Positions 25,396-36,926 of a stretch of DNA of 64,000 bases are shown here, in pieces. Made by a program: the position numbers and the translations under genes. Under the pieces are notes generated by a model. That model searched no databases. It was not told where the DNA came from and saw only the letters and a list, made by a program, of their open reading frames with translations. Source of the DNA: Podarcis pityusensis (lineage: Eukaryota); the NCBI GenBank assembly GCA_964106645.2, contig OZ067050.1; one strand, written 5' to 3'. The first letter of the stretch is position 1. The number at the start of each line of letters is the position of its first letter.

Positions 25396-25769
25396 GTTGC
25401 TATGGAAGGAAGCAAAAACCAGCTGTTAAAAGGGGAGCCCATTTTATTTAGGATTGTTATAATTGTTATTATTTTTCATCCACTTTACTGTTGCCAACTG
25501 TAGACCACTGTGTTAAAAAATTATAGCAAATTCATGTAATCCAAGCTACACTTTGCTTTCTAGTGTGAAAGTATCTGAAAATATCCAGAAAATAGATGCA
25601 ACACATGCTGAGGTACTTTGTGTTATGCAAGATTTGTGAACAAAGGTAGATAGTTGCTGGAGAGAGTGACTATCTGTGTAGGAGAGAATATGACAGGGAG
25701 AAAGAAGAAAGGAAGGATGACCAATACATTACTTTCATTGTAAGTGCAAGTGGAAAATATAGAATGGTA

Positions 25770-26010
25770 TCTTACTTTTTTCTTCTTCATATGGTTCTCT
25801 CCAGTATGCTTCTCCAGTGAAATTAAATGGCTGCATATTTCTCCACCCATACCTGAAATTTTATAGCAATCCTCCAGCAGTTGGATTTATGATGACAATA
25901 AACATGAATCAACATGGGGAAGACACTTATTAATAATTCTCCTGTCTTTCTAGAGATTTACTCTCACAGGAATTCAACACACCTCAGCATTAGGGCTGTA
26001 TAGAAACAAT
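25770..26010 (-). promoter_or_regulatory. Putative OR promoter and 5' non-coding exon, repeated upstream of each array copy
   Basis: Acceptor TTCCTTCCATAG|CAACATG at 25400, donor GTAAGA (25775-25770), TATAAAA (25865-25859), O/E-like ATTCCTGTGAGAG (25961-25973). Predicted intron is 376 bp. Confidence 0.7.
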
Positions 26011-26172
26011 ACTGCATTTTGTTTAGTTTTGCTAATTTATTTGTTTTGGTTATCATAATAATATCAAAACTATGAAGGGAACTAATCATTCCACAACAGC
26101 TATATCAGATATACCCATCTGTATGAAATTCTTCTGACATGGATAGCTCTAACTATCAACGTTAATAATGAG

Positions 26173-26666
26173 TGTAATGAGTCCAGGCAGCTGGCTTGAT
26201 AACACAGGACACCAGAGTAATTAACTTGAAGATTTATTGCAAACAAAGCAATTATCCTCAGGGCCCTCTCGCCGAGCGTCCATTAGTACACCCAAGTTGA
26301 CCCTTCTGAGGAATGCTTCCAGTGTCTGCAGAATATACTGAACCTATGAACCTTGTGTTTCTTGGTTTGTTTTCTGTCTAAAACCCTTCCCATTCATCAG
26401 CTTCTTGGGCTCACTGTGTCAACCAACTCCTCTTCTGGTGAAGAAAAGCTCTTTCTCTTGCTTTTTGTGCCTGCCTGAGAGCTTTGGCTTGTTCCAGCCT
26501 GCTTCTAGCTACTTTCTTATCTGCATTCCTTTTAGTTTCAACAAGAGGAGGGGGAGTCGGCAGGTGCCAGCTCTCCTCTGCCTGAGAGAAATCCGAGCCT
26601 CTCTGCTGCTGGCTGGTGTCTAACCCAGGCTGGAAATTCTGGCTTTGGGCAGGTGTGATCATGACC
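26173..26666 (-). mobile_element. Solo LTR, one per array unit (also ~31944, 37708, 45724, 51485)
   Basis: 5-bp TSD ATGAG (26168-26172, 26667-26671); TGT start and a degenerate ACC end; minus-strand AATAAA at ~26233. The empty site is visible in the paralogous promoter at ~60966-60985. Confidence 0.7.
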
Positions 26667-26810
26667 ATGAGGAATACCACTCATTGGCAAAGAGTGCCTC
26701 TTAAAACCAGCACCTGTGGGATAAGTAGTAACTGTATGTCTGAATGTTCCTGATGCTTTTGCACTGCACCCAGATGGAGTTTCTTCACGTTTTATAAACC
26801 TTTTTGTAAA

Positions 26811-27604
26811 GCCTCTCCTTCTTGCAGAGGGGAGGAGTTGTGAGTGGGAGCCGTTTCCCACATGCAGGGGGCGTTCCGGCCCCTGCCTAGCTGTCCCGGC
26901 TGCCACGCCATGCCCCTTGGCAGCCAACCAATCAGGTGGATGCTTGGGGGCGGGGTTTAGCTGCTCAAATGCCGCCACAGCAGCATTTCCCCTTCATTGC
27001 GTTGCTGGTTTTCGTCGGATCACCCACCCACCCTCCCTTCAGTTCATTCCTTGTTTCTTGACATTGCTATGGACCTTTGGTTGGTCGCCTTGGTTGTCCA
27101 AGGGGCCTGGTAGGAATTTTTATCCAACTGTCAAAATGGCACCGGCCACTTGGTTTTTCTTCTACCTTGTAGCAAATCGTCACAACTTTTTAGGTATTGG
27201 AGGTTAGGCACTGGAATATGTTTGTGTATTCGGAGGGCAGGGTATGGCCACCACCTACCCCTCCACTGTATGGGTATTCCAGTAAAGGAATCTGGTAGTT
27301 GTGGATCCTGTCTGATGCCCCTGCTGGTGGCTAGGGCCATGGCATGACCCCCGGTGACATCAGGGGGAGCTTTCAGTTGTATTTGCATCAACAGGCTCCT
27401 CCCACTGGTGGTTAACCCTGGTTAGACTCACACCTCCCTGAGGGGGGGGGGAGTCACGCTCTGTTGTTTGATGCAATGCCTAAGCCAATACATCTCACAT
27501 GCTGTAATCAATAAAGTTGTGGTCTTTTTTAGCCCATTAACCTAATATACTGTGTCCCTGTGTCTTTCTTATCCTCAAGTGGGTGGTGGGTCCTTGAATC
27601 ACAA
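26811..27604 (+). mobile_element. DIRS-like non-autonomous element, one per array unit
   Basis: Absent from the paralogous flank at ~23035. Short inverted repeats TTGTGA (26838) / TCACAA (27599), CCAAT and GC box, AATAAA near the 3' end, no clear TSD. Related to 6201-6968. Family assignment is inferred. Confidence 0.55.
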
Positions 27605-29064
27605 AAGGAGCTACCTGAGCCTATAATAGGTTAAAGTGAGAATGAAACTATCAAAGCAAGTCCCACCTGCATGTCAACTCCACATGAGTAGTTCTGCAAG
27701 GAACTTCGAGTAGAGACATAAATGTGCCTTATTTTGTTTATTGTAAACCCTTGTATCCACTAAAGAACTCAAACCTAGAAATAACCAAAGATTTGTTTAT
27801 TCAAGAAAGATATGTTTAACTTTAGACAGTCTGTTGCAAAGTCAGCAAGTGCAGGCCACAACCAATCACTGATACATCCATCCTCTCTAATATAGAGATG
27901 AAAGTGATCCTAGCTCCCTGGAATGTTAAGGGATGAACATAACCAGAAGATGGTAGAGGAAAGGTTATGCCTTATTCTGCAGACAGGCAAGATTCAGAGG
28001 ATGAAGATTGTATACTGATAGTGTATTTATCACTGCCCTTCTGTTTCTCCTTCGAGCTGTCAGCCAATAAACAAAACTAAAGAGAAAAGGGTTTTTTGAA
28101 ATATGCAATTTATTCTGCTGCTTCTATGGTATAAAGCTGGGATGAAGATGAGAACTTCTGAAATGCTGGGCATAGGGAGTCTTATCTTCCTGGTTTCTAA
28201 GTCATAAATTTAAGCAAAATGCAATCCTCAGTGTTCATGTGCAGCAGAGTACCTCTACAGGTTAATGGTGACTCCAATTTTTCCCATCAGTTTGCAATGT
28301 GTTCATCTGATCCTCCCTGCACATTTGGAGTTAGGAAGTCTGTTGCCTTTTCAAAGGCTTTTGGGGACATAATGAAATTAAGGGGGGGCAGGAATCCTTT
28401 CTGTTGGGGATATTAGACAATGAAATCCCAAGCAATCCCTCAATGATATTTATATATGTGACTATAGCAGCAGAAATGAAATGAAGGAAGAATGGTTGAT
28501 GAAAATCTTGGAATATGCAGAGATGGCAGAATTGATGGCACTGAAGTGTAAGATAACAGCAGAATATATGTACAAACATGTTAGAGGGAATTAAATTAGA
28601 TAAGACAAAACCTTAAAATGCAATTGTATGTAATCTGAGTTATAAACATCGATGTTGGGTGAGCGGGAAGTCACTAGTTTTGCTGGATTGGAATATAATT
28701 GTTGAGTAACAAATGTAACTTTGGATGTGGAAAAAAGAACAAAATACTATTACAAAAAAGAGAAAGACTGTTGCCTTCCATTGCAATGGACAAGAAAGAT
28801 GTTATATCAAGAGCTATACATAGTTCACCAGGAGCTGATTCTTGTATCAAAGGTGCAAGCAGGACAAACACTCTGAACCATTAACATGAGCCAGGCAAAA
28901 GTCAGGGAAAACACATACCCTCCAACATTCCTCTGATGAAAATAGGGACATTTTGGAGGGTAAAGGTAAACGTAGCCCTGACCGTTATGTCCAGTCGTGG
29001 ATAGGCAACCACAATTAGGTGTAGTGGTGTAAGTGTGGGTTAAAATGTTTCCCATTGCTTTACT

Positions 29065-29257
29065 CCAAAGACCGACTGGGAGGAAGGTCAGTTGGAGCCC
29101 TTCTTACCTGGCCCTTGCTCCACCCCCCAGCCTGCAGCTGATTGGCTAGCCAGGGAGGGAGTAGAACGATGGCCTGCATGCAGAGGGGCATCACCCTGGC
29201 ACAGGAAGCCTGAGCCGGGTTGCAAACCCCGCCCACTGCTAAAGGTGTGAGCGGTAA
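29065..29257. mobile_element. 193-bp GC-rich insertion with a 16-bp flanking direct repeat, one per array unit
   Basis: TTCCCATTGCTTTACT at 29049-29064 and 29258-29273; a single-copy empty site at ~23952-23966. Confidence 0.75.
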
Positions 29258-29566
29258 TTCCCATTGCTTTACTTTTCCATAGAAAATTCATTCATTCGAC
29301 TTATTACAGTTATTACACCTTAGGTGAAATACAATAAAATTCAGATTAAGCAAAACAACAACCACAGCAATTCTATGCCACCTTTCATCTGCGGATCACA
29401 GGGCAGTTTACAATATAAAAACACAAAAATACACAATAGAGTAACAGACAAAAACAACAACCCCACCCACTTTTAAAGGCCATAGATTATTGAATTAGCC
29501 CAAGGCCTGGGCAGCATAGCCCAAAGTCACTTATGATGGGAGCTAGAGAAAAAGCATGCAGAGGGC

Positions 29567-29988
29567 CTTAAACTTTACTATGAGGCTGCCTGTATAACAT
29601 GGTTGGGTGAATGGATAAAATTGGATAACACCGATTTACTAGTTTTAGAAGGGTTTGGAAATAGACACTCGCGGGACTGAAATAAACCGCATAATGTTTA
29701 TTAAAAATCATTCATTTTGGATTTAAGAACATTGAACAAATATATTACAACAATTGAAGGATGTATATTTAATTAAATTTTGAATAGTATTATTACATAG
29801 TATTAAGTACACAGAATGTAAACATGACAAATGCATAAATATACAGAAAATATAGAGAAACCAGAAGAAGGAAGGAGGGAAGTACAAACTTGTTTAGAGT
29901 TAAAGTATTAAGGTTAAAAGGAATAAGGTATATATTATGTATTATGATGGTGAAATTTGTAAAATCTCTAAAACCAATAAAGATCATA
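29567..29988 (+). mobile_element. Internally deleted L1 fragment, one per array unit
   Basis: 18-bp TSD AAAAAGCATGCAGAGGGC (29549-29566, 29989-30006). Starts with LKLYYEAACITWLGEWIKLDNTDLLVLEGF (resembles post-RT ORF2), then a 3' UTR with AATAAA and an A tail. Empty site at ~24235. Confidence 0.75.
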
Positions 29989-30187
29989 AAAAAGCATGCA
30001 GAGGGCTGCAGGGCAAAGACAGATATTTTAAGCACTACACCAATTTTCACAATTTGCAATATAAGCAATGTACCCCTTCTAGATCAATTGAGAAAACAAA
30101 GCTAAATCTATTTAGCTGCTTCAAAGTTTCCTCATAGAATTTCAGGTTTTCTATAATTAGTTTTATCCTCTATACAGATATTATCCT

Positions 30188-31162
30188 TCACAAAATAAGA
30201 CTGGAAAAGTTTTTCATAGAGGAGTGAGGCAAACACAGTAGCTTTGATAGAGCGTTTTTAATCTCCTTATTTCTCATGCTATAGATTACTGGATTCATCA
30301 AGGGTGGAACCATGGAATACATCACTGTAAATGCCAAATTTAGATATGGTGAGGTATTAGAGGTAGGCTTGAAGTACGCAAAGTATCCAGTAAATACAAA
30401 TAGGGCATAAACTATGAGATGGGGAAGGCAGGTTGAGAAAGCCTTTCGCCTTCCTTCAGTTGAGGGGATTTTCAGCAACGCAGTGAAAATGTACACATAG
30501 GTTATAATGTTGAAGATAAAGCAGCCAATCCCAAAGACAGCACTTATAGCAATAGCTCCTATTTCCACTAGATACAAATCCGTGCAGGCCAGCTTAAGTA
30601 ACTGCGGGATTTCACAAAAAAATTGATTGACTTCATTGGAACAAAAGGGGGATGCAAAGGTACCTCCAGTGTGTAACACTCCATAGAAAAAGCTGCTGAT
30701 CCATACACTGCTAATCATTTGAATATAGGCTTGCCTATTCATCAGCATCCCATACTGCAATGGTTTGCAAATGGCAACATACCGATCATATGCCATGACT
30801 GTGAGAAGAAAGAAATCAGATGCCATAAATGACATGAACAATAGTACTTGTGCAACACACCCAGAGTAGGAAATGTACCTGGTATTCATGAGGGAATTGA
30901 GCATGGATTTGGGATTAATGACTGAAACTTGTCCCAGGTCCTGCATGGCCAAGTTCAGCAGGAAGAAGTACATGGGGGTGTGCAGGTGGTGGTCAAAGGC
31001 TACTGCAGAGATGATGAGAAGATTCCCTGTGACAGTTGCCAAGTACAATACCAGGAATATAACGGAATGTAGAATTTGCAGTTCCCGAACTTCTGAGAAT
31101 TCTAGGAGGAGAAATTCTGAAAAAGATGTTTGATTATCCATGCTCTGCTTCTTCACATTCAT
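30188..31162 (-). CDS. Olfactory receptor, OR14-like (324 aa), array copy 1
   Basis: Canonical OR motifs; protein identical to copies 2 and 3. Confidence 0.97.
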   Translation of the reverse strand: MNVKKQSMDNQTSFSEFLLLEFSEVRELQILHSVIFLVLYLATVTGNLLIISAVAFDHHLHTPMYFFLLNLAMQDLGQVSVINPKSMLNSLMNTRYISYSGCVAQVLLFMSFMASDFFLLTVMAYDRYVAICKPLQYGMLMNRQAYIQMISSVWISSFFYGVLHTGGTFASPFCSNEVNQFFCEIPQLLKLACTDLYLVEIGAIAISAVFGIGCFIFNIITYVYIFTALLKIPSTEGRRKAFSTCLPHLIVYALFVFTGYFAYFKPTSNTSPYLNLAFTVMYSMVPPLMNPVIYSMRNKEIKNALSKLLCLPHSSMKNFSSLIL

Positions 31163-34100
31163 GTTGCTATGGAAGGAAGCAGAAACCAGCTGTTAAAAGG
31201 GGAGCCCATTTTATTTAGGATTGTTATAATTGTTATTATTTTTCATCCACTTTACTGTTGCCAACTGTAGACCACTGTGTTAAAAAATTATAGCAAATTC
31301 ATGTAATCCAAGTTACACTTTGCTTTCTAGTGTGAAAGTATCTGAAAATATCCAGAAAATAGATGCAACACATGCTGAGGTACTTTGTGTTATGCAAGAT
31401 TTGTGAACAAAGGTAGATAGTTGCTGGAGAGAGCGACTATCTGTGTAGGAGAGAATATGACAGTTAGGGAGAAAGAAGGAAGGAAGGATGACCAATACAT
31501 TACTTTCATTGTAAGTGCAAGTGGAAAATATAGAATGGTATCTTACTTTTTTCTTCTTCATATGGTTCTCTCCAGTATGCTTCTCCAGTGAAATTAAATG
31601 GCTGCATATTTCTCCACCCATACCTGAAATTTTATAGCAATCCTCCAGCAGTTGGATTTATGATGACAATAAACATGAATCAACATGGGGAAGACACTTA
31701 TTAATAATTCTCCTGTCTTTCTAGAGATTTACTCTCACAGGAATTCAACACACCTCAGCATTAGGGCTGTATAGAAACAATACTGCATTTTGTTTAGTTT
31801 TGCTAATTTGTTTGTTTTGGTTATCATAATAATATCAAAACTATGAAGGGAACTAATCATTCCACAACAGCTATATCAGATATACCCATCTGTATGAAAT
31901 TCTTCTGACATGGATAGCTCTAACTATCAATGTTAATAATGAGTGTAATGAGTCCAGGCAGCTGGCTTGATAACACAGGACACCAGAGTAATTAACTTGA
32001 AGATTTATTGCAAACAAAGCAATTATCCTCAGGGCCCTCTCGCCGAGCGTCCATTAGTACACCCAAGTTGACCCTTCTGAGGAATGCTTCCAGTGTCTGC
32101 AGAATTTACTGAACCTATGAACCTTGTGTTTCTTGGTTTGTTTTCTGTCTAAAACCCTTCCCATTCATCAGCTTCTTGGGCTCACTGTGTCAACCAACTC
32201 CTCTTCTGGTGAAGAAAAGCTCTTTCTCTTGCTTTTTGTGCCTGCCTGAGAGCTTTGGCTTGTTCCAGCCTGCTTCTAGCTACTTTCTTATCTGCATTCC
32301 TTTTAGTTTCAACAAGAGGAGGGGGAGTCGGCAGGTGCCAGCTCTCCTCTGCCTGAGAGAAATCCGAGCCTCTCTGCTGCTGGCTGGTGTCTAACTCAGG
32401 CTGGAAATTCTGGCTTTGGGCAGGTGTGATCATGACCATGAGGAATACCACTCATTGGCAAAGAGTGCCTCTTAAAACCAGCACCTGTGGGATAAGTAGT
32501 AACTGTATGTCTGAATGTTCCTGATGCTTTTGCACTGCACCCAGATGGAGTTTCTTCACGTTTTATAAACCTTTTTGTAAAGCCTCTCCTTCTTGCAGAG
32601 GGGAGGAGTTGTGAGTGGGAGCCGTTTCCCACATGCAGGGGGCGTTCCGGCCCCTGCCTAGCTGTCCCGGCTGCCACGCCATGCCCCCTGGCAGCCAACC
32701 AATCAGGTCGATGCTTGGGGGCGGGGTTTAGCTGCTCAAATGCCGCCACAGCAGCATTTCCCCTTCATTGCGTTGCTGGTTTTCGTCGGATCACCCACCC
32801 ACCCTCCCTTCAGTTCATTCCTTGTTTCTTGACATTGCTATGGACCTTTGGTTGGTCGCCTTGGTTGTCCAAGGGGCCTGGTAGGAATTTTTATCCAACT
32901 GTCAAAATGGCACCGGCCACTTGGTTTTTCGTCTACCTTGTAACAAATCGTCACAACTTTTTAGGTATTGGAGGTTAGGCACTGGAATATGTTTGTGTAT
33001 TTGCAGGGCAGGGTATGGCCACCGCCTACCTCTCCACTTTATGGGTATTCCAGTAAAGGAATCTGGTAGTCGTGGATCCTGTCTGATGCCCCTGCTGGTG
33101 GCTAGGGCCATGGCATGACCCCCGGTGACATCAGGGGGAGCTTTCAGTTGTATTTGCATCAACAGGCTCCTCCCACTGGTGGTTAACCCTGGTTAGACTC
33201 ACACCTCCCTGAGGGGGGGGGGGGAGTCACGCTCTGTTGTTTGATGCAATGCCTAAGCCAATACATCTCACATGCTGTAATCAATAAAGTTGTGGTCTTT
33301 TTTAGCCCATTAACCTAATATACTGTGTCCCTGTGTCTTTCTTATCCTCAAGTGGGTGGTGGGTCCTTGAATCACAAAAGGAGCTACCTGAGCCTATAAT
33401 AGGTTAAAGTGAGAATGAAACTATCAAAGCAAGTCCCACCTGCATGTCAACTCCACATGAGTAGTTCTGCAAGGAACTTCGAGTAGAGACATAAATGTGC
33501 CTTATTTTGTTTATTGTAAACCCTTGTATCCACTAAAGAACTCACACCTAGAAATAACCAATGATTTATTTATTCAAGAAAGATATGTTTAACTTTAGAC
33601 AGTCTGTTGCAAAGTCAGCAAGTGCAGGCCACAACCAATCACTGATACATCCATCCTCTCTAATATAGAGATGAAAGTGATCCTAGCTCCCTGGAATGTT
33701 AAGGGATGAACATAACCAGTAGATGGTAGAGGAAAGGTTTTGCCTTATTCTGCAGACAGGCAAGATTCAGAGGATGAAGATTGTATACTGATTGTGTGTT
33801 TATCACTGCCCTTCTGTTTCTCCTTCGAGCTGTCAGCCAATAAACAAAACTAAAGAGAAAAGGGTTTTTTGAAATATGCAATTTATTCTGCTGCTTCTAT
33901 GGGATAAAGCTAGGATGAAGATGAGAACTTCTGAAATGCTGGGCATAGGGAGTCTTATCTTCCTGGTTTCTAAGTCATAAATTTAAGCAAAATGCAATCC
34001 TCAGTGTTCATGTGCAGCAGAGTACCTCTACAGGTTAATGGTGACTCCAATTTTTCCCATCAGTTTGCAATGTGTTCATCTGATACTCCCTGCACATTTG

Positions 34101-35951
34101 GAGTTAGGAAGTCTGTTGCCTTTTCAAAGGCTTTTGGGGACATAATGAAATTAAGGGGGGGGGGGTGCAGGAATCCTTTCTGTTTGGGATATTAGACAAT
34201 GAAATCCCAAGGAATCCCTCAATGACTATAGCAGCAGAAATGAAATGAAGGAAGAATGGTTGATGAAAATCTTGGAATATGCAGAGATGGCAGAATTGAT
34301 GGCACTGAAGTGTAAGATAACAGCAGAATATATGTACAAACATGTTAGAGGGAATTAAATTAGATAAGACAAAACCTTAAAATGCAATTGTATGTAATCT
34401 GAGTTATAAACATCGATGTTGGGTGAGTGGGAAGTCACTAGTTTTGCTGGATTGGAATATAATTGTTGAGTAACAAATGTAACTTTGGATATGGAAAAAA
34501 GAACAAAATACTATTACAAAAAAGAGAGAGACTGTTGCCTTCCATTGCAATGGACAAGAAAGATGTTATATCAAGAGCTATACATAGTTCACCAGGAGCT
34601 GATTCTTGTATCAAAGGTGCAAGCAGGACAAACACTCTGAACCATTAACATGAGCCAGGCAAAAGTCAGGGAAAACACATACCCTCCAACATTCCTCTGA
34701 TGAAAATAGGGACATTTTGGAGGGTAAAGGTAAAGGTAGCCCTGGCCGTTATGTTCAGTCGTGGATAGGCAACCACAATTAGGTGTAGTGGTGTAAGTGT
34801 GGGTTAAAATGTTTCCCATTGCTTTACTCCAAAGACCGACTGGGAGGAAGGTCAGTTGGAGCCCTTCTTACCTGGCCCTTGCTCCACCCCCCAGCCTGCA
34901 GCTGATTGGCTAGCCAGGGAGGGAGTAGAACGATGGCCTGCATGCAGAGGGGCATCACCCTGGCACAGGAAGCCTGAGCCGGGTTGCAAACCCCGCCCAC
35001 TGCTAAAGGTGTGAGCGGTAATTCCCATTGCTTTACTTTTCCATAGAAAATTCATTCATTCGACTTATTACAGTTATTACACCTTAGGTGAAATACAATA
35101 AAATTCAGATTAAGCAAAACAACAACCACAGCAATTCTATGCCACCTTTCATCTGCGGATCACAGGGCAGTTTACAATATAAAAACACAAAAATACACAA
35201 TAGAGTAACAGACAAAAACAACAACCCCACCCACTTTTAAAGGCCATAGATTATTGAATTAGCCCAAGGCCTGGGCAGCATAGCCCAAAGTCACTTATGA
35301 TGGGAGCTAGAGAAAAAGCATGCAGAGGGCCTTAAACTTTACTATGAGGCTGCCTGTATAACATGGTTGGGTGATTGGATAAAATTGGATAACACCGATT
35401 TACTAGTTTTAGAAGGGTTTGGAAATAGACACTCGCGGGACTGAAATAAACTGCATAATGTTTATTAAAAATCATTCATTTTGGATTTAAGAACATTGAA
35501 CAAATATATTACAACAATTGAAGGATGTATATTTAATTAAATTTTGAATAGTATTATTACATAGTATTAAGTACACAGAATGTAAACATGACAAATGCAT
35601 AAATATACAGAAAATATAGAGAAACCAGAAGAAGGAAGGAGGGAAGTACAAACTTGTTTAGAGTTAAAGTATTAAGGTTAAAAGGAATAAGGTATATATT
35701 ATGTATTATGATGGTGAAATTTGTAAAATCTCTAAAACCAATAAAGATCATAAAAAAGCATGCAGAGGGCTGCAGGGCAAAGACAGATATTTTAAGCACT
35801 ACACCAATTTTCACAATTTGCAATATAAGCAATGTACCCCTTCTAGATCAATTGAGAAAACAAAGCTAAATCTATTTAGCTGCTTCAAAGTTTCCTCATA
35901 GAATTTCAGGTTTTCTATAATTAGTTTTATCCTCTATACAGATATTATCCT

Positions 35952-36926
35952 TCACAAAATAAGACTGGAAAAGTTTTTCATAGAGGAGTGAGGCAAACAC
36001 AGTAGCTTTGATAGAGCGTTTTTAATCTCCTTATTTCTCATGCTATAGATTACTGGATTCATCAAGGGTGGAACCATGGAATACATCACTGTAAATGCCA
36101 AATTTAGATATGGTGAGGTATTAGAGGTAGGCTTGAAGTACGCAAAGTATCCAGTAAATACAAATAGGGCATAAACTATGAGATGGGGAAGGCAGGTTGA
36201 GAAAGCCTTTCGCCTTCCTTCAGTTGAGGGGATTTTCAGCAACGCAGTGAAAATGTACACATAGGTTATAATGTTGAAGATAAAGCAGCCAATCCCAAAG
36301 ACAGCACTTATAGCAATAGCTCCTATTTCCACTAGATACAAATCCGTGCAGGCCAGCTTAAGTAACTGCGGGATTTCACAAAAAAATTGATTGACTTCAT
36401 TGGAACAAAAGGGGGATGCAAAGGTACCTCCAGTGTGTAACACTCCATAGAAAAAGCTGCTGATCCATACACTGCTAATCATTTGAATATAGGCTTGCCT
36501 ATTCATCAGCATCCCATACTGCAATGGTTTGCAAATGGCAACATACCGATCATATGCCATGACTGTGAGAAGAAAGAAATCAGATGCCATAAATGACATG
36601 AACAATAGTACTTGTGCAACACACCCAGAGTAGGAAATGTACCTGGTATTCATGAGGGAATTGAGCATGGATTTGGGATTAATGACTGAAACTTGTCCCA
36701 GGTCCTGCATGGCCAAGTTCAGCAGGAAGAAGTACATGGGGGTGTGCAGGTGGTGGTCAAAGGCTACTGCAGAGATGATGAGAAGATTCCCTGTGACAGT
36801 TGCCAAGTACAATACCAGGAATATAACGGAATGTAGAATTTGCAGTTCCCGAACTTCTGAGAATTCTAGGAGGAGAAATTCTGAAAAAGATGTTTGATTA
36901 TCCATGCTCTGCTTCTTCACATTCAT
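35952..36926 (-). CDS. Olfactory receptor, OR14-like (324 aa), array copy 2
   Basis: Protein identical to copy 1. Confidence 0.95.
   Translation of the reverse strand: MNVKKQSMDNQTSFSEFLLLEFSEVRELQILHSVIFLVLYLATVTGNLLIISAVAFDHHLHTPMYFFLLNLAMQDLGQVSVINPKSMLNSLMNTRYISYSGCVAQVLLFMSFMASDFFLLTVMAYDRYVAICKPLQYGMLMNRQAYIQMISSVWISSFFYGVLHTGGTFASPFCSNEVNQFFCEIPQLLKLACTDLYLVEIGAIAISAVFGIGCFIFNIITYVYIFTALLKIPSTEGRRKAFSTCLPHLIVYALFVFTGYFAYFKPTSNTSPYLNLAFTVMYSMVPPLMNPVIYSMRNKEIKNALSKLLCLPHSSMKNFSSLIL

Noticed and set aside
26405-30137. Many short ORFs repeated in each array unit, resembling a gene cassette
   Set aside because: They lie in transposon remnants or spacer DNA, have no recognisable domains, and recur only because the DNA is duplicated. 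Several change frame with homopolymer length.
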